Origin: Lingula anatina
Lineage: Eukaryota > Animalia > Brachiopoda
Direction of reading: 5' to 3'
Assembly (NCBI GenBank): GCA_051362555.1
Contig: CM120646.1
Span: 14,508,001 to 14,572,000 of the forward strand
DNA: 64,000 nt
Shown here: piece after piece, positions 27,037 through 39,665 of the stretch
Layout: the number at the start of each line of letters is the position of its first letter
Numbering within the stretch: the stretch's first letter is position 1
Made by a program: the position numbers and the translations under genes
The notes under the pieces: generated by a model
The model's database searches: none
Told to the model about the DNA's origin: nothing
Seen by the model: the letters and a program-made list of their open reading frames with translations, nothing else

Positions 27037-28803
27037 ATGGCTCTCGGGGGCCTCCGAGTTTTATTACTTCTAATTTCCTGCTTTGTGTGCACACTGTCTC
27101 ATACACAAATCAGTCTAAACGGGGAATGGATTGCCAAGAGTAGCAATGGAAGTAGGTCGACATGTTTAGCACATGAGATTAATTTATAGCTTATCGATTC
27201 AATGTTGCTCTGAATGTGACAAATAACTAAGTTGAAGTTCATTTGATGTCCCGATGTACTACCGGTAGTATACCTGCATGTCGCACATTTTGTTTGCCTC
27301 AGTTTCACTGCATGTCTCACGTAAAACCAGTATAGTAGCAGAATAAATTTTGGTGTTGAAACGTGCGTATTTGAGCTATTTAAATCCAATCAGCACTTAT
27401 TATAAACTCATTATGTAACATTCACAAATTAAAGCAGTTGATTAGTCACGCTTGTAGGAGATCATGTTGGTTTCAGGTATTGTAGTGTCCTCCACCGTGC
27501 CAGGCAGTATATACACAGATCTGATCAAAAACGGCACCCTGAAGGACCCATACTACAGGTTCAATGATGAGGAATACAGATGGGTGTCCAAGGACGACTG
27601 GACATTCACAAGAACATTTACAGGTACCTGGAACATGTACTGCTAGTATATGAATGTCTTCAAGGCAAAGGTGTAAATGGGCGTGGTTGTGTTGGGGGGG
27701 GGGGGGGGGGTTAACCTCCATCCCTACATTCACATACATGCAGCTTGCATTATTCCAGTTGTGTCAGTCATAAGCACAGGAAGAGCATTGGTTGAGGGGG
27801 GTCTTATAGACCACGTTTGCCCATGATTTAGAACTTTATGAAAAAAATGATAATAATCATTTACAGTACTAGCACTGATACATTCTGTGAGATTTTCATT
27901 TATTTTGATAGCACAGGTCTCAACTTAGTAGATGTACACCTTGGTGTAAAAGGTGTAATCTGCAAACTTGTCTTTAAAAGCTTATTGAAAGTTGTAAAAA
28001 CAAAAACGGCTATGATTTTGAGTTTGTCAGTTCAAGCTTGGAAATTGTTACTGCAAACAAGGACGTATAAGACATCATTGCTGCAATAAGCTCATACAGA
28101 AGTATATAAATCACACACAAAAAAAGATCATTACCATTTGAAATAAATCTGGCATTCTGATAAATTAGCTCTCTAAGTGAATATATTTCAGAAATTTGTT
28201 AGTTCATATTGGTATTTTGTTAATATCCTGTTGTGATATTTTTTCCTGTTTATTTCCAGTTACCTCACCAATGCTGAAAGCTTCTTCAATCAAACTTGTT
28301 TGTGATGGTTTGGATACTGTGGCTTCTGTCTATGTTAATAACCAGAAAGTTGGAGAATCAATCAACATGTTTGTCAAATACAAGTTTGACATCAAGCACA
28401 CCTTAAAGGTATATATATGTTTGAAAAATAATGGTATTTTGACATTTTTGAAAAAAAGTTATTTTATTTATATAGAAGACTTTTTTTCTGCAGGTATAAT
28501 TATTATGTAAATAATATGGATATTAGTTTATATAATGATTACTTTACATTACTGAGAATATGCTAGTAAAAGATGAATCAGCACCAGTTCTAATAAAGGT
28601 AACTTTTTATAAACCTTATGTGTTCAGTTATGAATTGCGTCAAGCATAAAATGTTTTTAAATTATCAAGTGTTGTACAGACTAATTAGCTTTCATTTTCA
28701 TGGGTAGATTTATAGATAAGAAGGCCTATTATATCATCACTTGTTATGTATCCTTTATCTAGATTATTTCAAGTTTAACCTTGTTACACATACTCATATA
28801 GTT

Positions 28804-28834
<31 letters not shown>

Positions 28835-29876
28835 ACACACACACACACACATATGAGGTATATGTTTCATTTTTTTAAAACCTTGAAATTTATATATAAG
28901 TTCATAATCATACATGTTTATAAAATATGTTCGATAAGTACCATTATTCATGTATATTGTATTATACATTACATGTTCATGTATGGGTATGGTTATACTT
29001 TCATTCATGTATGCACTATACATATATGTAGTCAAGTAAAACTCAATATTATTGTGCTATAAAAGGCAGGCCCAAATGAGGTGAAGCTAGTGTACCAGTC
29101 TCCAGTGAAGTATGCCTCAGACATGGCAAGTAAACACTGGGAATACAAGGTGCCCCCTGAGTGTCCCCCAGAGGTCCAGCATGGGGAGTGCCATGTGAAC
29201 TTCATCAGGAAAGAACAGTGTTCTTTCAGCTGGGACTGGGGGCCAGCTTTCCCTACTATAGGAATATGGTGAGTTTGAGTATTAGGTGTGCTTTTTTTTT
29301 TTTTTTTTCTAATGTCCTGCAAACTTAGTTATTTTTCCCAATTCAGACAATTTGGCTTGTGTTTGATTTTCATCTATGAAATAGACCAGTGCAGTTAAGT
29401 CAATCACTTGATAAATTAAAAACTTACCAGAATTTATAGTTTAACATCAGTTTGGTTTTTTTACCTTAGGAAAAATATCAGTGTTGAAATATCAAACTCA
29501 GTTGTCATAGATGCTGTTATGGTGGAAACAAAACCTGGTATGGAAATGGTCTTCTATTTTTTCTCATTTGATAAAAAATTACATTGTTTGTGCATAAGTA
29601 GAGACAATAGCTAGTATGAATGTATATATTTATAAATTAGTACAAGTTTGTCTAATGTTTGATTAGACAAATATCACGCATTCATATAATATGTATTTTA
29701 ATACATTAAAATCCTAATTTCGAGTTTTCACTGTGTTTTCTTTTTTTGCAAAAAATATAAATTAATAATGTTTACTGACAAAAATTATCTTAATTGGTAA
29801 ATAAATTTTAAAAAAAGAGTTAAAAACAATTCTCAATGAAAAATTGCTTTTTATCAGCATTGTATTAATAATAATA

Positions 29877-29913
<37 letters not shown>

Positions 29914-30154
29914 ATATTATTATTATTGTATTCCAGTGGGTGACTACAGTTCTTGGGTGCTCAGTGTGAACACTTTCTTTGACCTGTATGGCAGTGGCAA
30001 GTACCCTGGTGTTCTAGAGGTCAGGGTACCTGACGTGGGGCTAGTACAGAAAGTGTCCACCACTGTGGGAGGCGGGGTGAAGAATATCACTGTAACTTTG
30101 AAAATTGATAAGGTAGTTTTTTTTTTAAATTCTTTTTTTTTTTAATTTTGTGAT

Positions 30155-30204
<50 letters not shown>

Positions 30205-33200
30205 GAGAGCTGGACTTACATTATATACACCTGCTGAAAGAGATTTTGTTTTAATTGTTTCAGTTCCTTTAAAGATAACAACTTTTTGTGTGAGATCTAT
30301 ATTTCACAATAAATACATTGCAAACAACTCATGACAAACAAATAAATTCTATTTTACCACAAAAATAGCGGTTAGTACAATTATTCTGGAATCTTTGCTT
30401 GCCATCAGACCACGTGACCTCCATAGATGACCCTCTGTAATATGTAATCTCTTAAAAGATTATTTTTAAAAAACAAACATTTTAGGAAAAAAGAGACTAA
30501 CTTTGGTAAGTATGGGTAAAATTGTTGTTTACCCCAGGAAAATCCATTTTTGGTACAAAAAGAACAGTAACTCTTGTTATTGTTTTAATTGTCACCCAAT
30601 TTATGTTTGTCCAGATTTTTGAAAAGGTGTCTTTTAATGGCCAAACATTCCCATTTCTAGTATTTAAAATCATTTTAATGTTTCCATTTAAAACTGTGTA
30701 CTTGAAATGCACTGCATTCTGGCTGGTTCAGAAATGATGAGTTTTATTATTATTTCAGGGTAAAGTGAAGACTTGGTGGCCGAATGGACATGGTGAACAG
30801 CCGTTGTATTATGTAGAAGTGCTGTTCACTAGCCAGACTACCAGTGAACTCACTGCCAAGAGGGTGAGAGTTGGCTTCAGGACAGTAGAATTGATACAGG
30901 ATAAAATACCAAATGCAAGTGGTATGTGATAAAATTAACCAATTTTCATTTTCTAGAAGTAATATATACTACCCCCCCACCCCACCTGTCATTTTGAGAT
31001 CAACCAAAGAAGTTGTTACAGAAATAATTTTCACACATACACTTGTGCATAGACATAACAGCCTTGACCTTTTCCATGTCCTCGGCCTTAATTACATGTC
31101 CATGGTTTTCATGGTCTGCACATAAGTGCAAATTTCACACAGTTTTAATCATAATTAAAATTGACCTTTTTTTTTACAGAAATCCATTGCAAGTTGAATC
31201 TTTTTCAGGGCTCTCATTTTACTTTAAAATCAACGGCAAACCAATCTTTATGAAGGGTTCTAACTGGATCCCTGCAGACAGTTTCCAGGAGAGGCTCACC
31301 CCAAAATACTTACGCAGTCTGTTAACCTCAGCACAGGCAGTGCACATGAACATGCTGAGAGTGTGGGGTGGTGGGGTAGGTACAAAGACGGGGGCGGATC
31401 CAGATAAATTTTCTGACAGTCTTCTATATTATTTTGTTTGTTGATTCATCCTCCATCTTCTGACAGAAAAAAATAGGTGCCCATCAATGTAAACTTGAAA
31501 AATTCTGATCGTATTCCGGAAGACCCAGAAGATGGCCTCCATCTGCCCCTGAAATATACAAGGGAATGATGTTTTTATATTAAAATAATATACTTCAGAG
31601 GCTATGGTTCATATATATTACTAGAGGTTTAGCATAATTTCCAGCAGTCTGGCCAGCATATGTGACTACTGCATAAGTCTGAGCAGTGTAGTACTAGTGT
31701 AGCTATTTTAGGTTAGTTCCCAACTCTCTTTAAAACTGGGGGCACTGCTTTTAATTAATTTAGCTGGAGATCAACACTGTCGGTTTTGTCATCCTTCAGA
31801 TATATGAGAGTGAAACATTCTACAGCCTGGCTGATGAACTGGGTATTCTTATCTGGCAGGACTTTATGTTTGCTTGTGCTCTGTATCCTGTAGATGAGTA
31901 CTTCCTGGACAGTATACAGACAGAAGTTACTCATCAAGTAAGTTGTTTATTGTGAGAAGGAAATAGAACAAGTGAATGAGCTTCTTTGTTTTTGTTTTTG
32001 CTATTATTATAAAATAATAATTATTATTTTAGTTATTTTTTTCCTTTCAATCTTTTGTCACTATTTTTGTTTTTATTTTTATTATTTGAGCAGGGAGTGC
32101 TACATTAAGCCTGCATGTTTATATAAATATTATAGTTTGTTTTAAAAGTAATAAAATGAAAAAATTACCTGCATGCAGTTATATTTACTTGCCTATTACA
32201 GCTGAAGTAATTTGGCTGGGTCATCATCAGTTGTAACTTGGTCTATTTCTATCTACAAAGTGATAAATACTGCAAATTATGTTTTGAAAATACAAGTTGC
32301 ATTTGTTGATGTTTTTCTTACAATATATTAGATTCTGCGCCTCCAGGCGCATCCCAGCATAGCAGTGTGGAGCGGCAACAATGAGAACGAGGGCGCTATT
32401 GCCAACAACTGGTGAGATGTGTATCATTGCTTGACAGGCTGCTTGCTTGCTAACATAAATTTATGGCATCAATCTTGAAAACAATGTGGCAATAAACAGC
32501 GCAAGTGATTTTGGCATTTGAGCATGCAGTTGTGGGTAACCAAGGGTCTCTCCTCTCCTCCACTCCCCTGCCCTTCCCTTCCCCCACCCCCAATAGATTT
32601 TAGTGCCTGGAACCCTATTGCAGCCTGAATGTGAAGCACCTGTTCAGAGTACTGGCAGACATCATGTCAAGCGCAGGATTTCCATCAGTTTCAGTTGTAT
32701 ATTCTATTGCAACAGTATCTTTCACCTTATTGCAACCTGAAGGTGAAACACCTGTTTGGAATTCCAAAGGACATCAAGGCTATGCGCATTTGTCAAGCTT
32801 AAGACTTGTTTTACTTTCAGTTATAGGTGCTTTTCTAGCAAGCCAATTGAAAGCTGGTTTGGACCAGCTGCTGTAGTCGCTGTGTTTTTAATTTATAATT
32901 TTTGCTATAAATTTCCTATGTGTGCCCTACACACCAACATATCTAGCTTATCTGATCAATTGCTCTTGATAATTCACCATGTCCCTTACAGGTGCTCCGA
33001 TTACAGCACCATCCCTCTGTAGCTCTGTGGAGTGGGAATAATGAAAATGAATGGGGATTAATGACTGACTGGTAAATGCTTCAGTGATCCTCTGAAGAAA
33101 ATATTGATTGGCTTTGCCCTATTTTCAATTCCTCATTTTATTCACCTTTGAATTTTTTTTTCTTTTTGCTTTTGAAATTATATCTTCCACTTACCCTTTG

Positions 33201-36200
33201 GCTCATTTGAGTATCATTATTTTTAGCAACAAAAACAAAAAAAAACTGATGTGTTTGTAACAGTGAAATGGTGACTTTTTCTGTAAATTTTTTATTCTAG
33301 CCTGACTGCAGTGAACACATACTTCAAGCTAGTTATCTTTTAAAATCATTTCCATGTTAATTAATGGCATTTTTGTTATGAACCACAATTATTGCCATTT
33401 CTGTTGTGCATTTTTGTTGTTAAATGAGAAAACATAGTTGTTTTTGATACCAAGAACCATGCAAAATGTGTTTAATTGAATAATTTAACCAAAAAGAATG
33501 CTTTTATGTTTGAATAAGTAAAGCAATTTTAAATAATTATACACAATGACTGAATTAAATTAAGGACACTTGATTTCTTTATTTATTACCTGTATATCTA
33601 TAGCTCATATTTCTACTGGTAGGCCTATATTGATGTAGTTAATGTGAGAACTTTTGTCAGAAAGAACAGCTGAATATATATTTTTTAAATTTTAGGTATA
33701 ATATAACAGATTTCAAGAGGTATAAGGCAGACTATGTCACTTTGTATATTGACAATATTATGAATATAACACAAAAGCTGGATAGAACGAGACCGTTTAT
33801 TCCCTCCTCTCCATCCAATGGGATTGAGACTCAGCAGGAGGGATGGGTTGCTAAGCAACCACAAGACATCCATTTTGGTGACAGTGAGTTTTTTATATTT
33901 ATTAATTTTTTTTAATTTTTGCACCTGATTTAAATTTTTATTTTTATTAATAATTTGCTGCTTTATATATGCCAGAGTTAACCTTCAATATGTACTCCAC
34001 TATTTCAGCAATATTTTTAAACAAGAATTATATACCCATAAATTCTTTTCCTTTCCCCATCAGTACATCATTATGATTATGGTTCTAAAAGTTGGGAGTG
34101 GAATCACTATCAGATCCCTCGTTTCTGTTCGGAGTATGGCTTTGAGGCTTGGCCATCTTTTGAAAATTTGGAGAAAGTCAGCGTCACAGAGGACTGGAAT
34201 TACAACAGCGAGTTTTGTGACCACAGGCAACATCATGGTGATGGTAGGTTTAATGTTTTTTGTTGTTGTTGTGATTGTAACTGTTAAAACGTACCCCTCA
34301 ATGAAATAAATGTAGTGTTCTGTTTTAAAAAATCAGCTTGTCCATCTGTCGTAGCATTCTACCACCTCATCGCAGACAGCAGTGGTATTCAGTTATCAGT
34401 ATTCAGATCTCATGAAATTTTACAGCCATGAAAATTTCAACATGTACTACTGTACCTTGGTATTATTTTCATATTCATCAGATCAAAACTTAAAATATGA
34501 TATTGTTTTGCTATATGCTGTAATTTCCATTCAAAAAACTATGAATTTGTGCTAGTATACACTTTTGATCTTAGTTATGTTATGAATAGAAATACATTCT
34601 TGGCTCCGTGAATAGGTACATCAAAAGGGGTGAACTACAAGAAGGACTATAACTTCAAAGGTATTTGGATCATAGGACTCTCATGGGACTCTTGGATAAA
34701 TCTGTGAATAATTCACCTGGTAAAAGTTAAGTTCACACAGGTCATCTCACCAAAATCTTCCAAACTTTTATTCAAGAACTTTATTTTATATTTTAGGAAA
34801 CAAGCAGATGGTGACTCAGCTGGGATATTATCTAAATCTACCATCTAACCCTGATCCAGTCCAGCAGTTTAAAGACTACATATATCTTACACAGGTAAGA
34901 CAGTTGTCCAGTAGTTTAAATTATTATAATTAAATAATATACATATTTACCTTCAGTCTTATATCCAAAATACTGGACACCTATCTGTAAATATGGTAAG
35001 ATTTTATCCCAACACTGAATTAAGTTTTTTTAATGATGCAGACTTAGGGTCTGAAGTAAAAGAATAACATGGCAGATATTTACTGTTGGATAAACCACAG
35101 ATTCTCAATATATTATAATAATGGCATTATGCCGTGTTATTCAGATAAACCAGGCCATGAGCATAAAGACAGAAACTGAGCTGTTTCGTAGAAGTCAGAG
35201 CACAGTGGTAAATGGTGTTGGTATGACCATGGGAGCCCTCTATTGGCAGTTACAAGATATATGGCAAGCACCCTCATGGGCATCCATAGGTACAGTAAGC
35301 TTATAGGGCTGTTTCAAAGAAAAGTTTAATCTGATATTGGTCTGAAATTTGGTCTACCAGTACTTCAGTCAATTCCAGATTAATTCATAGTTATCAAGCC
35401 TGTGGAAAACCGTTTGGGGTGTGTGTGATCTGTCCATTTTGAATCAAAATTTAGCCAAGGTTCTCTGACATAATAGCACAAAAACTGCTTTTCTCATAAA
35501 AAGCCCGCCCCCCCTACTTCTCCCTCTGGCTTTGAGACTTAAAAAAGTTAACACAGTTTTAAAAAAATCACAAAGTTACACGATAAGTCAATTTACATCA
35601 ATTAATGATTGTAAATGTGTGGCATAATATTGTTGGTTTTATTTACTGGCAACAGAATATGGTGGAAAATGGAAAATGCTTCACTACTATGCCAGGCATT
35701 TCTTCAGTCCTGTTCTGGTTTCACCATACATAGATGGCGCTGTGCTCAAGGTTGTCTTAGTTGTGGACACACTGTCATCAGGCAGGGCATTACAGAAGTC
35801 TGGTAACACTCTGTACATTCAGTGTTATAGCTGGGACAACTTAAAACCTCTCTATACATGGACACAAAAAGTAGATGCTGTAAGTATTTTTTTTTCTCCT
35901 TTTAGCTGTTTTAATTATAGAATTCTTGAGTAATTTGATTGTATTATTCAATGAGATATTATGGTAAAATATAGTACATTACCCCCTGCAATTATGTATG
36001 TATGTACGTACCTACATACCTACCTACCTACCTACCTACCTACCCACCCACCCACCCACCCACCCTTACTGAATTTTCCTATTAGGGTCCTTTTGGATGT
36101 CCTATAGAAAATGGCCCCAAACCCTGTAGGGTCCTATAGGACATATGCCCTAGGTAGGACTCCTATAGGGCAGGCAATTGAATTCTTACAGAGCCCCATA

Positions 36201-37179
36201 GAATCCTATATGATTCCTATAGACCCCTGTTGAATGTTCTAAAGAGTATTTTGGAAAGGGTATACCAGTTAATGATATAAAAATATTTTAATTTTCACAG
36301 CCCAAAGTAGCAGCTAGCCAGATATTTCAAGCCAATGTCACAGCTATGCTGAAGACTGCCAAATGCAGCAGCCTGCAGCACTGTGTTTTCTTTTTCTTTT
36401 TGAATGATGTCCACACTGAGGTGAGAAACTGGGTTTTACCTGTCCCCTTGAAGACAGCAGTTGGGATGAAGAAGCCAAATGTAACGGTAAGTTTAGCAAC
36501 AGGCTTTCTATTGCATTTCAAAGTATTAAAAATGGTGTTCATGACTTTTTTTTATGTAAGTTTTCAGTCACTTTCTTTTGCCTTATTTGCTTGCAGTTAC
36601 TTTGGCAAATAATATAGCTTTTCACTGGTGTATGTTTTCCTCTGTATAACAAAATGAGTAGATAAGCACTGATAGTGATGGTTATTTTGAAATTCACCTG
36701 TACTGAGGCACATGTACGTGTACGCAAAAATTTTGAAAATTAGGTTACGAGCATATTTATATCATGTTTGTATTATAAATTATGTCACCAGTGATTTGTC
36801 ATTCATCAATAAACTTTTTATTTCACATAAAGAAGTGCATTATATTCTACACCTTAATTTATATTAGAAGCTACACCTTGGTTTTAGAATTCTTTACCTC
36901 TGAGTCAGAAGTATTTAGCTCTTAGACTTTTTTTTCATATTTCAGATTTCAACAGTGACACAAAAAGACTCCCAAACATATCAGATAAAATTAACCACAG
37001 CAGCAGTTGCTCCCTTTGTTTGGCTGGAAGCCAACGGGATTTTGGGAAGATTTTCTGACAATGGTTTCCTCATGGTTCAGTCTACAACTAACATAGTGTT
37101 TTATGCTTGGGAGACAACTGATCTCAATTCTTTGAAAAAAGCACTCAGCGTGCAGTCTCTTATGGATGTTTATAAGTAG
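27037..37179 (+). CDS. MANBA: Lysosomal beta-mannosidase (glycoside hydrolase family 2) with a tandem-duplicated catalytic exon
   Basis: Exons 27037-27151 (signal peptide), 27477-27623, 28260-28408, 29066-29268, 29470-29537, 29937-30112, 30759-30921, 31209-31375, 31800-31937, [32332-32411 OR 32992-33071], 33696-33883, 34064-34243, 34797-34894, 35145-35289, 35656-35879, 36301-36486 and 36946-37179. Motifs: [53 protein letters not shown] (acid/base), PRFCSEYG (nucleophile), [23 protein letters not shown]. Confidence 0.96.
31389..31551. mobile_element. hAT-like MITE, copy 2, in a MANBA intron
   Basis: CGGGGGCGGATCCAG...ATCTGCCCCTG, collinear with and similar to 24329-24496. It starts 13 bp after the donor at 31376. 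Confidence 0.75.
32332..32411 (+). CDS. MANBA: MANBA alternative catalytic exon A ([27 protein letters not shown])
   Basis: 80 nt; acceptor ...TATTAG, donor GTGAGA; phase 0 in, phase 2 out; joins 31937 to 33696 in frame. Confidence 0.9.
32992..33071 (+). CDS. MANBA: MANBA alternative catalytic exon B ([27 protein letters not shown])
   Basis: 80 nt; acceptor ...CCCTTACAG, donor GTAAAT; phase 0 in, phase 2 out; joins 31937 to 33696 in frame. Confidence 0.9.
36063..36260. mobile_element. Degenerate MITE with repeated CCTATAG subterminal motifs in a MANBA intron
   Basis: Ends CCCTT.../...AAGGG; multiple CCTATAG/CTATAGG units inside; next to a (TACC)n/(CACC)n tract. Confidence 0.4.
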
Positions 37180-39267
37180 CAGGAATGTAGATGTTTAAAT
37201 ATGGTGTGAGAGAGAGTTTTACTTTTTTGACATAACTATTGTTGAGATTCCTAGAAGTGGAGTTATTTCAAATTTTATCCTGTTATTTTCAAAGACCATC
37301 CTATCATGTAGAATATTATGGTCTATACATCTGTGATTTTTTGTCCATTATTTCTAAATATGACTGTCTCTAATAGTAGTGTTTTTTTTTTTTTTTTTAA
37401 AGCAGGGTAAGAAAGTTATGATTGGTTTTATTAAAACTGACATTATGCACTACTGAGTAAAGTCTTTGATACATGTAATTAATACAAGGAAAACGTGCTG
37501 TATGAACATCCTTTGTCATTCTGACATTGCAGAGTGCATAAGTGACACTGAAAACAGTTACATTTGTATTTAATACAAGTCTGTTTAACAGGCCTGTTCA
37601 TGTTTACCAGAACATGTGAAATATGTATTTTTTGTTGTTAAATTCTTTACATAATTAATTCTTAGCCTATCCAAACAGTTACTTGTATTTGATTGTGCCA
37701 TACATGGAGTGATGTGGAAGGATCTAGTGCTAATCAGTTTAAATTGAATTCCGGGTTATACCTTTTCAATCCCAGTCATTGGTTTAAGTAGATTTGGGAA
37801 GAAATAATAATGATAATATTAATGAATTAATATTTGTTGCATTTCACTAAAATCATAGCACGCCTTCAATATAAGAGTGAAATAACAAATTACTGTTTTA
37901 AAATTTACAATTATTTTTCTGTGAGTTACTAATTATAACTTGGATAACTTTAAAGGATACGATATTTAAAAAAAGCTGCAATAACGTGAACATTGAATTG
38001 CAGACGGAATTCTTTTTTCTATGGCATATTGCACTCAGAATATTTTTTAAAGCAATTTTTCAACATGAAGTATTACATGTTAAAAAGTAAAAACGTGAAA
38101 TATCAAAAAAATACTTGGTTAACCGTTAATCAAAACTCATATTTTCCGACCATAAAGATTTGGTGCCTATATTTTAAGTTTTTTTAAACTACATAACCTA
38201 AAATATTTTTCTGTCATTTTGTCCTCTTACTCATCTCATAAAAACTAACAACCAAAGGAAATATCTCTTAAACATATTTTATGCTGGATAAATTTTTTAT
38301 TAAAAAATAATTACGGATGGAAAATTAGCATTATATACCGACAAAAAGGAACAGTTACTAGTAACAGTTGTACAGAGAGAACTAGAATACTGAAACAATC
38401 AATTTTGTATTAAAAAAATCACTAACAGGTAAAGAGACAGGTTTTAATAAACCTGGAGGGAAATCCACGGCTCTTGTTGTTTGTTTTTACTCGATCGGTG
38501 AACAGAGCTTTATAAAGTGTTCAAGAAATCGGATGTCGCACATTTTCTTCCATATTATATCATGAGCCACAACACCAAACGCGTATACAATATGTACCCT
38601 ATCAATAATAGCTGTACCACGTTGGTGGTAACATTGATGTCATGCCAAAAAATCGGTGAATGTGGTAAATGTACATATAGGTTCAGTGTACAACGTACAA
38701 AAATGGCGTACAAAAATGTAAAGAAGCAAATTTTGAGTTTGTACAACAAGCTTAGCTTGATTCGCATTCCCCCAGATAGCCACGTTTCCACACCGAAAAG
38801 ACTGTCATCAAAGTTAAACCTTCCAATTCGTCATACACACATTCCCCAAGTTTGTGTTCTGAACGTCAAATAATTCATGACTTCGACACGTTGGAAAATG
38901 GGTTTGGACGTTCCATATTATTCGGCGGTTAATGAGTTATTATGCAGTAAAATGCACACATGAAATGCACCAACCCGGGTATTTTGACACCATACTTATA
39001 GGTATCTTTCTACAGTGTAGGACGCATGTCGATGTGTTTGCTTAGACCATAGATGATGGACAAAATTTGTGTAAATAGTGAGCAGGAAATATAAAATAAC
39101 ATTGCGCGAAAAGGAAATAAAACCTGCAACTTCTAAGTTTTCTGCTGGATTCTCATGTTTAATCAGACAAAATCTATCGCGATTGGACAAATTACGCGAG
39201 GAGGAAATGACTCGTGTAGTATTGTAAAAAGATATGTCATCCTCCACCTGATCTGCCTCAAATCTTA

Positions 39268-39450
39268 GGGAGCGTTCAAAGCCAGTTGATCCGCGGACTT
39301 ACTAGTCTGCGGATCAAATATGGCGCCGCCCACTTCAAAGCGTGCCGAGTTTTAATTGCTCTGCCCCTGCTGGGGTAGCGGGCGTGGTAGACGGAAATCC
39401 AATGAGCGCCAAATTGGATCCGCAGACTAGATAGTGCTCTGAATGCGCCC
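39268..39450. mobile_element. PIF/Harbinger (Tourist-like) MITE in the promoter of PLA2 copy 1
   Basis: TTA on both sides; imperfect TIRs GGGAGCGTTCAAAGC / GCTCTGAATGCGCCC; internal inverted repeat CTAGTCTGCGGATC / GATCCGCAGACTAG (39302-39430). Confidence 0.7.
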
Positions 39451-39516
39451 TTAGACCATTGTTTAGAAAACCCGAGCACGTTGTTAGCAGAAAATGCATG
39501 TGCTTCCTTGTAACAT

Positions 39517-39590
39517 CCAATCACAAGAGAGAAGACTGTTTGTAAACCGATGGCTCTGGTGGGCGTCATGTCAATACTAGGCCTATATAA
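39517..39590 (+). promoter_or_regulatory. Core promoter of PLA2 copy 1 (CCAAT, TGTTTGTAAA, GTGGGCGTCATGTC, TATATAA)
   Basis: The same motifs occur in the same order upstream of copy 2 (44063-44134). The TATA box lies ~80 bp before the ATG. Confidence 0.7.
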
Positions 39591-39665
39591 GTCTGATTAG
39601 AGTGCAGATCTGCTAAAGTTTTTCATTACAGGGCGACGTTGTTGGTCCAGACAGTAAAAAAAAGC

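Noticed and set aside
31180-31208. Upstream alternative acceptor for the MANBA exon starting at 31209
   Set aside because: It adds 29 nt and shifts the frame.
32449-32454. GCTAAC ~41 nt after the exon A donor as a distant branch point enforcing steric exclusion
   Set aside because: Many AG dinucleotides lie between it and the exon B acceptor, so there is no AG-exclusion zone. Kept only as a possible protein-binding motif.
32613-32876. Intronic repeat or 81-aa ORF as a third catalytic exon copy
   Set aside because: No NNENE-like translation in the plus-strand frames I checked and no compatible splice sites.
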